Positions 1 to 11,002 of a DNA stretch of 64,000 bases are shown in pieces (within the stretch, counting starts at the first letter, position 1; each line of letters starts with the position of its first letter). The notes under the pieces were generated by a model. The model did no database searches, was not told the DNA's origin, and worked only from the letters and a program-made list of their open reading frames with translations. The DNA is from an uncultured Verrucomicrobiae bacterium (lineage in GTDB: Bacteria > Verrucomicrobiota > Verrucomicrobiia > Chthoniobacterales > UBA10450). The translations under genes were made by a program, and so were the position numbers. Where the stretch lies: contig CAWFGO010000001.1 in the NCBI GenBank assembly GCA_963815455.1, positions 544,001 through 608,000 on the forward strand, given 5' to 3'.

Positions 1-373
1 ATTCGAGCAATCGGCCCAGCAAAAGCGGCCCCATCTCGGAAATCGTCGCGCGAACAGGATGACCTTGCTCGCCGAATACATCCCAGAAAACGACCGGGCA
101 TGCCTCCGGTTTGAAATCGTCGATCTTTAGCTCTTTGGCCCGCTCAACGATTTTCGGATTATTTCCGCCGGGTTGACTTAATCCGGCCAGATCGCCTTTG
201 ACATCCGCCATGAAAACGGGAACGCCCCGCGCGCTAAAAGCCTCGGCCAACGTTTGCAACGTCACGGTCTTGCCGGTGCCGGTCGCTCCGGCAATCAAGC
301 CGTGCCGATTGGCCATTTTCGGCAGCAAAAAGATCCGGTCTTTTGATTGGGCAATAAAAATTGGATCGCTCAT
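1..373 (-). CDS. HerA-like/DUF853 (YjgR-type) ATPase, 5' part; runs off the window edge
   Basis: Manual translation from ATG at 373: [64 protein letters not shown] (Walker A GATGTGKT and the family motif DVKGDL). Confidence 0.85.
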   Translation of the reverse strand, partial: MSDPIFIAQSKDRIFLLPKMANRHGLIAGATGTGKTVTLQTLAEAFSARGVPVFMADVKGDLAGLSQPGGNNPKIVERAKELKIDDFKPEACPVVFWDVFGEQGHPVRATISEMGPLLLGRLLE

Positions 374-386
374 AAATGAATCTTAT

Positions 387-462
387 GGAGGAACGACCGC
401 AGCATGCCCGCCGTAGCGGGTGTCCTCCCCAATCTAGCGGGACGCGACGGAGCGCATCTCCT
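387..462. repeat. Degenerate REP-like palindrome (GGAGG...GGACGCGACGGAGCG) with a nested 18-bp hairpin unit at 402-419
   Basis: Intergenic imperfect inverted repeat; the inner gcatgcccgccgtagcgg matches the reverse complement of 47461-47478 at 16/18. Confidence 0.5.
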
Positions 463-884
463 CATAATTCGCGCCGTCGCCACGCCCCCAAAACTATACC
501 GCTAATCGCAAAGGCGAGAAAGGGCCGGCCCATGTTGATAAAAACAAGGGGCCAGGGGTTTGTCTCAAAGGCTGAAAAGACGGAGATCGTCGCGTATTGA
601 GCGAGCAAAAATGCAAAATAGCAGACGAGCGCGATCTTCAATCCGGTCAGGGCATGGCCGACATGCAGCTTCGTGAATAACCATGCCAGCGCGTAATTAA
701 CCAACACGGCCGAGACAATCGCGATTAAGTAGGGAATGACACTATGTGGCTGCTCGATGTCGGTCATCGTTCGCGCGTTATAGTTCAACCAGGCGTCGCC
801 AAAGAGCGAATACCAGCCGAGCCCGATAAAGAAATGAATGATGACCAGGACCCAAACGGCGAGATGATGGATTTTGTGGTTCAT
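462..884 (-). CDS. DUF1761-like small membrane protein
   Basis: 140 aa with four hydrophobic segments and a GxxWYS(L)FGxxW motif. Confidence 0.7.
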   Translation of the reverse strand: MNHKIHHLAVWVLVIIHFFIGLGWYSLFGDAWLNYNARTMTDIEQPHSVIPYLIAIVSAVLVNYALAWLFTKLHVGHALTGLKIALVCYFAFLLAQYATISVFSAFETNPWPLVFINMGRPFLAFAISGIVLGAWRRREL

Positions 885-974
885 CCAGAAGCCGGGATTA
901 TCCAGCGGCTATGGTTTGCAAGGCAAGCGGATTCTGAACTGCCGTCGCCCACAGGGCGACGGCGAACGCCCCAC

Positions 975-2162
975 CTATTCTTCAATGCGTTTCAACAGGA
1001 CGGCCGCACCGACAAAGGTAATCAGGGCGCCAAACAGAAGGACGACAAGATCGACAGCGTAAAACGAGATCCCGGCGTGATACATATTCACCAGCCGGAA
1101 GGCACGGCAGAAGTGGGTAAGCGGGAAGAGCTCGGCGATATAACGAACCCCGCCGGGTAGTTGTTCCAGTGGCGCAAACGCCCCCGAGAGCACGAACACC
1201 GGCAGCAGGAAGAAAACAGAAAACTGAATGGCCTGTGTCTGCGTCCGAGAGAACGCAGAGATCAACAGGCCGAGGCCGAGAGAACAAAGAAGAAAAAGAA
1301 AACAGACCAGGGCCAATGCGCCCGGTTGATAAAAGCGGACCCCGAAATGCCAGGCGGCCACGGCGGTGATCATTACCACCAAAAAACTGGAGACGACAAG
1401 ATACGGTAGAATTTTCCCTATCACGATCTCGCGGCGCCGGAGTGACGTCACCAACAGTTGATAAAGCGTGCCCGATTCGCGTTCACGCGCGATCGTGCAA
1501 GCCATGAGCGTGACAGTGAGTAATTGCAGAATCAAGCCGATCACGCCCGGCACGACGTAATCGATGAAGCGCGACTTCGGATTGTATAGATTTTTCGAAT
1601 CTGTCGTCCACGCGGTCATCAGTGAGACAAATTGCTTGCGGATATCGACCGGAAGTTTTTTGCCCAACTCTATTACGTCTTCAGGCAAACCCTCGACGAT
1701 CGAGTCGCGCTCCTTCGCCTGAAACTCACCCAGATTCTTTTGCACGGCGCCTTCGACTGCACTGGCGGTGTTCGTGTCGCTATCATCGAGATACAAAGGA
1801 AGTGGCATAGGGTCCCCCTTGTCGAGACGATCGGTCCAACCAGCCGGGATAACGAGACTCGCCTTCACTCCGTGTCCAACCAGGTCCGACTCACCCTGAA
1901 AACCCGGGGCCGGTTTTCGCCACTGAAAGGTTTTATCTTTCAAAATGATCTCGATGAAACGAGCCGCGCGCGGCGTTTGATCGCGATCGATCAACAAAGC
2001 GGGAACGCCGGTTAACTCTGTATTTTCGAATGCGTGCCCGAAAATCAGCATGAAGAAAGGCGGCAGAACGAGTAGCAAAATCAGGACGCGGCGATCGCGG
2101 TAGATGTGCAAAAATTCCTTGTAAGCGACGCTGGCGATTGCGTTGAGGGTGGCCGATTTCAT
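975..2162 (-). CDS. ABC-2 type transporter permease
   Basis: KEFLHIYRD N-terminus, ARERESGTLYQLLVT motif, C-terminal TM helices. Confidence 0.9.
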   Translation of the reverse strand: MKSATLNAIASVAYKEFLHIYRDRRVLILLLVLPPFFMLIFGHAFENTELTGVPALLIDRDQTPRAARFIEIILKDKTFQWRKPAPGFQGESDLVGHGVKASLVIPAGWTDRLDKGDPMPLPLYLDDSDTNTASAVEGAVQKNLGEFQAKERDSIVEGLPEDVIELGKKLPVDIRKQFVSLMTAWTTDSKNLYNPKSRFIDYVVPGVIGLILQLLTVTLMACTIARERESGTLYQLLVTSLRRREIVIGKILPYLVVSSFLVVMITAVAAWHFGVRFYQPGALALVCFLFLLCSLGLGLLISAFSRTQTQAIQFSVFFLLPVFVLSGAFAPLEQLPGGVRYIAELFPLTHFCRAFRLVNMYHAGISFYAVDLVVLLFGALITFVGAAVLLKRIEE

Positions 2163-3109
2163 CAGGTCAATTTGTTCAGAACGGCTTCATATCCCTGCGA
2201 ATACGCGGTAAAGACGTCTTCCATGTCGGGCGCAACCCAGCGTTCGCCGAGCAACCGCAAATCGGGGAATGGCCAGTTCGCTCGCCAATTGGCGATTAAT
2301 TGTTCCGGGTCCGCGGCATAAATTCGGACCGCGCCGCTGCGCAGCGAAACGCCAAGGATTTCGGGAACGGTTCGCAACCGAACCAACGCGGGCATCACAG
2401 GATCGACATCGACCTCGAGAAGTTTCGTGCGGAAACTCGACTTCAAAGCGCGCGGCGGCGCCTTGGCCAGGAGCCGCCCGCCGTGGAGAAACCCAACCTC
2501 GGTGCAACGCTCGGCTTCATCCATGTAATGGGTCGTGACCAGGATGGTCTTGCCGGCGTTCCCTAAGTCGTAGAGTAAATTCCAGATTTGATGTCGATGC
2601 ACCGGATCGAGTCCGGAGGTCGGTTCGTCCAGAAAAAGCAACGGCGGATCGTGCACCAGCGCGCAACCAAGCGACAGGAGCTGCCGCATCCCGCCGGAGA
2701 GATTCCCGGCGGGTGTATCGCGTTTGGCTTCGAGATCGGTGAGCCCAAGCAGGCGAGCGATTTGGCCATCCAAATCGACGGCAGGCACGCGGCAGGCTCC
2801 GGCAAAGAAGCGGAAATTTTCCTCCACGGTCAGATCGGGATACAAGCTGAAGCGTTGCGCGACGTAGCCGAATTTCGTGCGGGCCAGATGTCGGTCTTTC
2901 CAGACATTCCGGCCGGCAATCTCGGCCGTTCCACTGGTGGGATGGGTCAGCCCGCACAGCATCCGAATAGTGGTCGTTTTGCCCGCGCCATTGGCGCCGA
3001 GAAGACCCAGGATGATGCCCGCATCGACGGTGAGCGAAAGATCCCGAACCGCCTGAAGGTGGCCAAAGGTTTTGCTCAATCCTTTGAGCACGATCACTGG
3101 TTCATTCAT
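2162..3109 (-). CDS. ABC transporter ATP-binding protein
   Basis: Walker A GANGAGKTT, LSGGM signature, FLDEPT, TTH. Start chosen at MNEP (3109). Confidence 0.92.
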   Translation of the reverse strand: MNEPVIVLKGLSKTFGHLQAVRDLSLTVDAGIILGLLGANGAGKTTTIRMLCGLTHPTSGTAEIAGRNVWKDRHLARTKFGYVAQRFSLYPDLTVEENFRFFAGACRVPAVDLDGQIARLLGLTDLEAKRDTPAGNLSGGMRQLLSLGCALVHDPPLLFLDEPTSGLDPVHRHQIWNLLYDLGNAGKTILVTTHYMDEAERCTEVGFLHGGRLLAKAPPRALKSSFRTKLLEVDVDPVMPALVRLRTVPEILGVSLRSGAVRIYAADPEQLIANWRANWPFPDLRLLGERWVAPDMEDVFTAYSQGYEAVLNKLT

Positions 3110-3177
3110 TTCCGAACTGTACTTGCAATGATGCAATCAGATTTGCAACCACTGGGTGCCATCGATTAGGTATCCTC

Positions 3178-4188
3178 ATGATCAAGCACTTGCTCACAGT
3201 TTCGGTTCTGCTGTTCTGGACAACACCAGGCATCGTTCGCGCAGACGCCGTGTCCGATCTCGATGGCTTTTCAGTTTTCGGCAAGATCGACATCGCCGAG
3301 CTGGCCAAGAGTGATGTTAAAACCCTGCCCGGTCCGCCCATGGACGGGCGTTTTCTGTCGGTGCAAACCTGCTACGTCATGCCAGGCTCGCCCGCACAGC
3401 AAATGGAAGCCCTTAAGAAATGGAACCCCGCCAAACATCGGGAGCTGAAGGTCCTCCTTCACTCGGATCTGCCCGCCGCGCCGGCACCTTCCAGCTTTTT
3501 AAAACTAAAGGACGCGCCTGATAACAGCGCAGTTGATGCATTCGTCTCGGCAACGCAGAAGCTTAGCTCCGACCTGCAAATCAGCAAAGACGAGGCGAAG
3601 AAATTCTCCGCCGGCGCAAGTGGCAGTGGAAAAATGCCTCCCGGAGTCGTCGTTTTTTGGAACGATCTGCTCGCTGCTCGCGCCAAAAACTTCGTTTCCG
3701 GCGGAACAGCGGCGCAGCCTCCTTACGATCATGGCGGCGACACCATTCGACCGAATGAGGAACTCAATTCTCTGCTGAAAAAGCAGGACAAAGTCCGGAA
3801 GCAATTTGCCGGCTTTCTCGGCGAAACTGGAATTGGACGTGGCGCGGGATCGATTTCTCCTGAGCTCTACTGGGAATTTCTTGATGTCGATGGAAACGGC
3901 GTCGTCACGCTCGGGGCATCTTACAACAAAGCCGTCGCCGACCGGGCCTATCAGGAGGCCGACGTTCTTTACTATGCCAGCGGCGGTTACTATGTTGCGC
4001 TTACGCTTTACCAAATGTGGCCAGTGACCGTGGACGGAAAAGCGTCTACTCTGGTCTGGCGCGGCGATCTTACCTCCTCGGCGTCGCTCGAGTCACTGCA
4101 CGGCGTCGAGCGGCTCGCCTCCGAATCGGCAATGATGAAAGATATTTCCAAGGCGGTAGCGATGTTCCGAAAGGATACAGCCCGTTAA
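3178..4188 (+). CDS. Secreted hypothetical protein
   Basis: 336-aa ORF with N-terminal signal peptide ending ...IVRA; no family recognised. Confidence 0.75.
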   Translation: MIKHLLTVSVLLFWTTPGIVRADAVSDLDGFSVFGKIDIAELAKSDVKTLPGPPMDGRFLSVQTCYVMPGSPAQQMEALKKWNPAKHRELKVLLHSDLPAAPAPSSFLKLKDAPDNSAVDAFVSATQKLSSDLQISKDEAKKFSAGASGSGKMPPGVVVFWNDLLAARAKNFVSGGTAAQPPYDHGGDTIRPNEELNSLLKKQDKVRKQFAGFLGETGIGRGAGSISPELYWEFLDVDGNGVVTLGASYNKAVADRAYQEADVLYYASGGYYVALTLYQMWPVTVDGKASTLVWRGDLTSSASLESLHGVERLASESAMMKDISKAVAMFRKDTAR

Positions 4189-4201
4189 CCGACTAAAGGG
4201 C

Positions 4202-5155
4202 ATGATACCTTTCCGTTCTCGATCCTGCCGTCGGACCGGCCCGCCTAATTGGCGGACCTGGCCCAGAGCGAGCATCCTGGTACTGTTTTTCTTGACGACG
4301 TCGATCCTCGGCGAGGAGCCAACAGTCGATTGGTTCAAGCCGATCCTGTCGTTGACCAAGAGCGGTGAATATTCGATTGAAGAAACCTACGTCGGCGACG
4401 CCTCAGTAAGTCGAGGCGTGCATCACGTTGAAGACTTCGATGAACACAACATTCATTTCCGCTATGTTTCCACGCCACGGATGAGCTTGGGCGTTTTGCG
4501 CCTGGGCGTGGACTGGGAACACTTTTCATTCGGATTTCCAGGGGGCACACCGCTTCCGAATACATTTCAATCCGCCAATCTTATTCTCGGGATCGACACT
4601 CAACTTTCCGACTCGATCCTGATGAGGCTCGAGGTGCAGCCGGGATTTTACGGAACCAACAATGCCGACGTGAACCAGATCAACGTGCCGTTCATTGCCG
4701 GGGGGACTTATATTTACAATCCGAATTTGCAAATCATCGCCGGCGTGAGCATCGACGTGGAGCGCGATTATCCTGTTATTCCGGCGGCGGGGATCCGATG
4801 GAAAGTGGCCCGACAATGGGTAATCAATGCGGTATTGCCCACGCCGCGGCTCGAGTACGAAGCCACGAAAAGCGTAACTTTGTATACCGGAGCAAACATT
4901 AAGCAGACCAACTTCCGCGTGGAACGCGATTTCGGCTCCACCCACAGTATCAAACGCCTCAACAACGCAGTGCTCAGTTACAGCGAAGTTCGGGGAGGGA
5001 TCGGCATCGACTGGAAGCTGACTTCGTTCGCCACGCTCACCGCCGAAGCTGGCTACCAACCGTATCGAAACTTCGATTTCTACCGGGCCGACATCCGCTT
5101 CCACGAAGATGGCAGCGCGCCCTACGGGATGATTTCAGTGCACGGCGCGTTCTGA
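4202..5155 (+). CDS. Outer-membrane beta-barrel protein (DUF6268-like)
   Basis: Alternating amphipathic strands, PVIPAAGIRW / LPTPRLEY motifs, C-terminal Phe. Confidence 0.7.
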   Translation: MIPFRSRSCRRTGPPNWRTWPRASILVLFFLTTSILGEEPTVDWFKPILSLTKSGEYSIEETYVGDASVSRGVHHVEDFDEHNIHFRYVSTPRMSLGVLRLGVDWEHFSFGFPGGTPLPNTFQSANLILGIDTQLSDSILMRLEVQPGFYGTNNADVNQINVPFIAGGTYIYNPNLQIIAGVSIDVERDYPVIPAAGIRWKVARQWVINAVLPTPRLEYEATKSVTLYTGANIKQTNFRVERDFGSTHSIKRLNNAVLSYSEVRGGIGIDWKLTSFATLTAEAGYQPYRNFDFYRADIRFHEDGSAPYGMISVHGAF

Positions 5156-5159
5156 CCTT

Positions 5160-5230
5160 GTCATCCCGAGCGCGGCGCAGCGGAGTCGAAGGATCCCGCG
5201 ATGTCACGATAAAGTGATGCAACCGGGCTC
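5160..5230. repeat. GTCAT...GGATGAC REP-like repeat (left arm intact)
   Basis: gtcatcccgagc...cggagtcgaaggatccc resembles the arms at 9013-9094, 47354-47486 and 55008-55042. Confidence 0.7.
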
Positions 5231-5239
5231 CTTGGCATA

Positions 5240-6025
5240 TCAGTATAATTCCGGGCGACGATGCGCAAAGACCGCCATTCCCTGCCGGACCGATTCGATG
5301 ACTTCTAACGAGAGATCGGCCAGGAGCAGTTCCTCGCGATCGGCTGACGCCCCGGCGACGACGGTTCCGTAGGGATCGATGATCGCCGAGGTGCCACAAA
5401 ATTTGACGCCGTCATCCTTGCCCACGCGATTTGCCAGAACGAGATAGCTTTGATTCTCAATCGCCCGGCTCAGCGCCAGGATGCGGAGATGCTCGACGCG
5501 CGGGAACGGCCAGGCCGAAGAATTGACCAAGAGATTCACGCCATGCTCGACCGCCAGGGCGCGGCACACCTCGGGAAAGCGCAGATCGTAGCAAATCGTC
5601 AGGCCGAGATTGAACTTGCCGATCTTGCACGAAACGAATGCGTCGCCAGGAGTGAAAACCGGTCGCTCATCAAGCGGTGCGGCGGTAACAAGGTGCGTCT
5701 TGCGATATTTGGCAATAATCTGTCCGTTCGAATCGATAAAGACTTGCGAGTTATAGATGCGGGAACCATCGCGATCGGAAACGCCGGCGATGATGCCGAG
5801 GGACAATTCTTTCGCGATGCCTTGCCACTCAGGAACCGCGCCGTTATCCCACGTGGTCGCGTGTTTTTGGATCACTGGCATCGAATAGCCGGTGTCGATC
5901 ATTTCCGGAAAAACGATTAGCTCAGCGCCGGATCGTTTCGCGCGCGCAGCAAAGTCGCGAATTTTATGCAGGTTCGCGTTGAGATCGCCCGGCGTGCACG
6001 AGATTTGAGCGACAGCGATTTTCAT
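5240..6025 (-). CDS. Carbon-nitrogen hydrolase (nitrilase superfamily)
   Basis: MKIAVAQ start; E-K-C triad in FPE, YRKTHL, ICYDLRFPE. Confidence 0.92.
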   Translation of the reverse strand: MKIAVAQISCTPGDLNANLHKIRDFAARAKRSGAELIVFPEMIDTGYSMPVIQKHATTWDNGAVPEWQGIAKELSLGIIAGVSDRDGSRIYNSQVFIDSNGQIIAKYRKTHLVTAAPLDERPVFTPGDAFVSCKIGKFNLGLTICYDLRFPEVCRALAVEHGVNLLVNSSAWPFPRVEHLRILALSRAIENQSYLVLANRVGKDDGVKFCGTSAIIDPYGTVVAGASADREELLLADLSLEVIESVRQGMAVFAHRRPELY

Positions 6026-6026
6026 C

Positions 6027-6118
6027 GGTAGGGCGACGCTCCGCGGAGCCGTCGAATTCGACAAGCGAAATTCGTGGGCTCCCGCCGCAACGGGTAAACT
6101 GTAGAGTCCCGCCCTACC
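6027..6118. repeat. GTAG-type REP pair (GGTAGGGCG...CGCCCTACC) with a degenerate nested 18-bp unit at 6082-6099
   Basis: Perfect 9-bp terminal inverted repeat carrying GTAG; intergenic. Confidence 0.7.
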
Positions 6119-6128
6119 GACGCAATTG

Positions 6129-7526
6129 CTAACGCAAATCCTTGTCCAGCGCGCCGATCTTGCGCGTTTCGGGCCAGCCGAAGGCAACGACCAGCACGAC
6201 CAGAATGGTTCCGATTCCTCCGGCCACAACCGAAATCACGGGACCGAAGAGGGCCGCAGTCAGTCCGGATTCGAGCGCACCGAATTCGTTCGAGGTGCCA
6301 ATAAAAATATTATTCACGGACGAAACCCGGCCGCGCATTTCATCGGGGGTGACCAGCTGCACAATCGAGCCGCGGATAATCACACTCACGCTGTCGACCG
6401 CGCCGACGAGAAAGAGCAAGCCCAGGGAGAGCCAGAAGACTTTGGACAGACCAAAGAGAACCGTTGTAATCCCGAAAGCGGTCACGCACCAAAGCAATGT
6501 CCTGCCGGCATGTTTCATCGGTGGCAAATGCGCAACCGTTAGTGCCATGGCGAATGCGCCGACGGCGGGCGCGGCCCGCATCCACCCAAGACCGATCGGT
6601 CCGCAGTGGAGGATTTGATCGGCAAAAATAGGCAGCAAAGCGGTCGCGCCTCCCAGAAGCACCGCGAACAAATCGAGCGTAATTGTGGCCAGGATAACTT
6701 TCTTGCTAAAGACGAATCGCAAACCGGCCAGAAGACTTCGCCACGTTCCTTTTTCCGCGCGATTCGCAGTTCGCACGCCGCGACGGATCGGAAGCACGAG
6801 GAGAAAGAATGAAAACGCAAACAAAGCATCGAGCGCGTAGACAAACGGAAAACCAATATGAGCAATGAGCAGACCGCTAACTGCCGGACCGACTACCGAT
6901 CCAATTTGAAAAATGCTGTTATTCCAGGTTACGGCATTTGAGAACGCGTCGCGCGGTATCAGCGTAGGGAAGAACGCACTCCGCGCCGCCCAGCCGAAGG
7001 TGCGCGCGGTTCCGGCAAGGAAAAGCAAAAGATAAATCAGCGGAATAGATGCGTCGTCGAAATGGAACGCCGGATTATGCCGTTCGAAAACCGCGGCGAT
7101 GGCGGTGAGCGCGCCGTTGCTTTGACGCAAGATCGACCACTGCGGAATTGCCAGATGTTTCCATGAAACCAGAGCGAGCGCGATAGACGTGAGCGCGCTG
7201 AAGATTTGCGAGATCAAGATGATCCGTTTCCGGCTGAATCGGTCGGCCAAATGACCGGCTGGCAGGGAGAGACCGACCACCGGGATCACGATTACGAGAC
7301 CGACCAGTCCCAAGGCCGTCGCAGAATGAGTGCGCGCGTAAATTTCCCATTCCACGGCCACGGCCAACATTTGGCGTCCAATGATCGAGATCAGATTGCC
7401 GGCGGTGAAAAAACTAAATCCGCGCGAACGAAACGCGGCATAGGGATCGTGCGATCGAACTTCCGACTTAACGAATGGAGGAACCGATGGCCGCTGGCCA
7501 CGCGGCGGTTCGTAATCGGTCGGCAT
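6129..7526 (-). CDS. MFS transporter
   Basis: Motif A (GHLADRFSRKR), about 12 TM helices, PDEMRGRV. Confidence 0.9.
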   Translation of the reverse strand: MPTDYEPPRGQRPSVPPFVKSEVRSHDPYAAFRSRGFSFFTAGNLISIIGRQMLAVAVEWEIYARTHSATALGLVGLVIVIPVVGLSLPAGHLADRFSRKRIILISQIFSALTSIALALVSWKHLAIPQWSILRQSNGALTAIAAVFERHNPAFHFDDASIPLIYLLLFLAGTARTFGWAARSAFFPTLIPRDAFSNAVTWNNSIFQIGSVVGPAVSGLLIAHIGFPFVYALDALFAFSFFLLVLPIRRGVRTANRAEKGTWRSLLAGLRFVFSKKVILATITLDLFAVLLGGATALLPIFADQILHCGPIGLGWMRAAPAVGAFAMALTVAHLPPMKHAGRTLLWCVTAFGITTVLFGLSKVFWLSLGLLFLVGAVDSVSVIIRGSIVQLVTPDEMRGRVSSVNNIFIGTSNEFGALESGLTAALFGPVISVVAGGIGTILVVLVVAFGWPETRKIGALDKDLR

Positions 7527-7600
7527 CGGGAAAAGTGACGCGGGCTTGTCCGGTTGCCAGCGAAAATTCAGTTTCTAAAGGCGGAGCCCTTTCCTGTTCG

Positions 7601-9047
7601 TCATTGATTCACGCCGGGTGCCGAAACGACATGCACAGGGCCAGAGGAAAAAAGGATGTCTCCATACTCTGCGGGTTTGGCGTTCTTGGGGAATTTTGTG
7701 ACGACGAGCACACTCTTGAAATTGCGGCCGGCTTGGGCCGATTCCAAACCCTTCATCCATTTTCCTGTCTTTAAGTAGACGTAACAGATGTCGTTTTGCT
7801 CGAGATTTGCATGCGTTAACTGATCGATGTCGATCTTATTGGCCTTCAGCCAATCAACGAGCGCCAGCCAGTTTTTTTCGGGCGGCTCCTGAAAGCGGAT
7901 CGGCGCCACCGCCGCAATGAGAAACAATGCGACCGCAACTGATGCGAGCCAGGGCAATCCCCGTTCATACCAATTCCGCAACGGCTTAAACGGAATCCGG
8001 CAGAGCGCCCAGGCCACGATCCAAGCCAGCATGGGATAGAGCGGCAATGCGTAGTTCGGCTTTTTATCTACGAAGAGGCTGATCGCGACGAACCAGACTC
8101 CTACCCACACCGCTGCAAATATTACAAAATGGCGTCGGCGACAATCCGCTTGATCGCGGTTTCCTAACCGCCAGATAAACCGCGTAAATCAGCCCGATCA
8201 TCCACGGCCAATACGTCGCCGCGTTTTCCTTCAAATAATAAAACACCGATCCACCTTGATTTTTTCTGGTCGCATACTCAACGACTTCGTGGCCAAAATA
8301 GCGATCGATGAAACTCTGGCCGAAAAGCGAATACATGTAGAGATGCCACGGCGCAGCGATGAGGATCGACAACGGCAGCGCTCCAAGCACCAGCCAAATG
8401 ATAAGGCGGGCCTGTCCGGCCATCGCCAGCCAGCCTGCGAGAATGGGCAGCGCGATCAGCGCGACGAACTGTTTGCACATCAGCCCAAGACCGATTGGGA
8501 TTCCGCATGCAACAAGCAGCCAGCCCCGACCCCTTTCCGAACCGCCTCGCAACACTTTGGTAACCAGCCAGACCGCGATCATGAGAAAAAAGAGCTGCCA
8601 CATGTCGATCGAGATCTCGCGGGTGCGCCGGAAGAATTCGTAGATCGAGGCGAGCACGATCCCGCTGACAACCGCTTCCCGTTGCGTTCCTAAATTGCGC
8701 ACCGACAACATGCTCAGGGCGAGAACGCCCATCGCCGCCAAAATGCTCGGAACACGCGCCGCGACCAGATTTGGTCCAAAGTGTTTCAGGAAAAATCCGT
8801 GGATCCAGAGCCCGAGCGGAGGCTTGTTGAAATACATTTTTTCCGCGTTGGCGTAAGGCGTGAGCAGCGAACCGCCTTGATACATGTAAAGACCGATGGC
8901 GGCGTAGCGGACCGTGTCGCGGCGAAATTCTCCCTGCTCCAGATGCGGCAGCGTAACCGCGAGCAGGATCAAAATCGGAATGAGATAGAGTTTGAGACGG
9001 CGGGAAGCTGAAGTCATTCCGAGCGGAGTCGAGGAATCCCGTTGCAT
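7601..9047 (-). CDS. ArnT/PMT-like glycosyltransferase (GT39/GT83 type), split by a frameshift near 8110
   Basis: YFNKPPL motif and TM helices in ORF 8064-9047 continue as ...KKPNYALPLYP in ORF 7601-8110. The first codons (RDSSTPLGMT) come from the adjacent repeat. Confidence 0.8.
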
Positions 9048-9094
9048 TACTTTATGATACGTCCGCGGGATCCTTCGACTTCGCTCAGGATGAC
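9013..9094. repeat. GTCAT...GGATGAC REP-like inverted pair (complete copy)
   Basis: gtcattccgagcggagtcgaggaatcccg ... cgggatccttcgacttcgctcaggatgac form a stem of about 29 bp. Confidence 0.85.
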
Positions 9095-9113
9095 CGGCGC
9101 TATCGGTGAAGCG

Positions 9114-10688
9114 TTACAAGCTAGGATCGCGCGGGAATTTGGCGTAAGGCAAACGCGTGCCGCGGTAAATGAATTCGTCGGAACGGATTGAGTCGGGCGC
9201 GAGAAAATCGTGGGTACCGGATGCGCCGACGATGTCGTCCTGGTCGACGCCGTCGCCACTGATCCCAATCGCACCGATGAGCACGCCGTTACGATAAAGT
9301 CCAAATGATCCGGGAAAAATCGTGATGCCGTTGGGAAGCTCCGGGTTGAGCACGAACGCGGTGTTCGCCGTGATGCCGTTCACATCACAATGATCGCCCA
9401 GTAGACCGGAAAACGCTTCCTGTTGCCCGTTGAATGGTCCGGGAGGGTTGGCGTTGATGCCGGGTGGATAATTACATTGAGCGAGAAAACCAACACAGCG
9501 GACCGACATGGCAACGTCCAGGCCGAAGCCGAGAAAATCAGTTTTCGAATAATAAATGACAGTGCGCGCTTTTTGCACCGCCACGTCCCAGCTGAACAAG
9601 GTCGCTTCGCCGACGCGAAATGTGCCCAGAACCGTCGGGGCAACCCCCGGCATGTCGGGATTATTGACCACCGTAATGAACACCTTCATGGGCGTGCCGA
9701 TCGGCAATCGAATGGCGGCGCGCGTTATTTTCGCCCGGGCCGCAGCATAATCGATAATGCTCATCACTTCAGGCGCGGTGAGTCGGGCCTGGCCATCGAT
9801 CGGCGCCGGGAAAAACGGATCGTCAATGATCGGCTGGCGAATTTCGCCGCTCACGTTGCCAAACGTCGCACTGGGATATGGAAACGGCGCAGGCGCACCG
9901 AGGATCACAGGGTATTGCGGGTCGGGGTTGCCTTGCACCACGATCTTCTTCGTCTTTTTTGTCGTCGACTTCGTATAGACAAGCCGAATGCCGTTGATGA
10001 ACGCTTTATCTGCCGTGATCGACGATGCAGACGTATAGCCTTTCTGGCCGGCCAGTGCGATGTCTTCGTCCTTGTCCGAACCGGCAATGTAAATGAACGG
10101 ATTTTGATCCCGAAACCCGGCAATCGGCCCCGGCGTTCCGTCGCCGCTCACGCCGATTCCGCCGACCAGGTGGCCGCCCTTATAAAGCGGCAGACCGCCG
10201 GGCGTTCCGTCGAGTGATGTGAAGGGCACTGGCAGGATCGACAATCCCGGCTGCTGATTGAACACAATCACGCTGCCGGGCTTCCGGAATTTATTGATGT
10301 CGGAGAAAAATAGGTTCGACAACCCAACGCCCACCAGTGGACCGGGCTCGGTGTTGTTCACACCGGGCGGAAAATGTTGCTGGATGATGAATCCGGCTGT
10401 GCGCGAGCTAAAAGCGTTCTGATCGCTGCTCAAGTACGCCGCGGTGCCGGCCTTTGAAACGGCAGAGGCGATCTCGGGATCGGTCGCCGCTCCACCGCGC
10501 ACGACCCAAACGGCGAGGACGTCGCCTTCGCGGTCAGTGACGGCGATGACGCTATTGGGCGAAATGGTCCTCGCCCGGGTAATGGCTTGATTGACAATCT
10601 TGGTTACATCCGCGGCAGTCAGCTGGGCAAAAGCCGGAGTCGCGAGAAGAACCATGGCGGCGAAAACGAGCAGGGCGCGAGTTTTCAT
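9114..10688 (-). CDS. Secreted heme-binding protein with two GlcG/HbpS (DUF336)-like domains
   Basis: Signal peptide; two domain copies ending GGLPLYKGGHLVGGIGVSGD and GSFGLYRNGVLIGAIGISGDG, with A-x-x-K-A-x-T motifs. Confidence 0.8.
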   Translation of the reverse strand: MKTRALLVFAAMVLLATPAFAQLTAADVTKIVNQAITRARTISPNSVIAVTDREGDVLAVWVVRGGAATDPEIASAVSKAGTAAYLSSDQNAFSSRTAGFIIQQHFPPGVNNTEPGPLVGVGLSNLFFSDINKFRKPGSVIVFNQQPGLSILPVPFTSLDGTPGGLPLYKGGHLVGGIGVSGDGTPGPIAGFRDQNPFIYIAGSDKDEDIALAGQKGYTSASSITADKAFINGIRLVYTKSTTKKTKKIVVQGNPDPQYPVILGAPAPFPYPSATFGNVSGEIRQPIIDDPFFPAPIDGQARLTAPEVMSIIDYAAARAKITRAAIRLPIGTPMKVFITVVNNPDMPGVAPTVLGTFRVGEATLFSWDVAVQKARTVIYYSKTDFLGFGLDVAMSVRCVGFLAQCNYPPGINANPPGPFNGQQEAFSGLLGDHCDVNGITANTAFVLNPELPNGITIFPGSFGLYRNGVLIGAIGISGDGVDQDDIVGASGTHDFLAPDSIRSDEFIYRGTRLPYAKFPRDPSL

Positions 10689-11002
10689 AGGGCCGATTTA
10701 TCAGGTTTTATCCTCATTAGCCACGAAAAAGCGGCTGGCGAAAATCCGGGATTTCCGCGCTCCGGGGCTCAACGAGGTCGGCCTGCGAATTCGCTGCTAC
10801 TGTCACGACGGGTTCTTATCATTCCCGGCCTGTAGGTAAACGACCAAGTCATATCGACGACCCGAAGTGGGCCTGGCTTGGCCCGCCAGCGAACTAGTGT
10901 TCATTAACATCGTATCGAACCATCGCTGGTATCAAAATCCGGGCTGCTGCGCACTCACAAAAAGAGAATATTTGGGGGTTGGGCTTGCGATCACCCTTAC
11001 GC

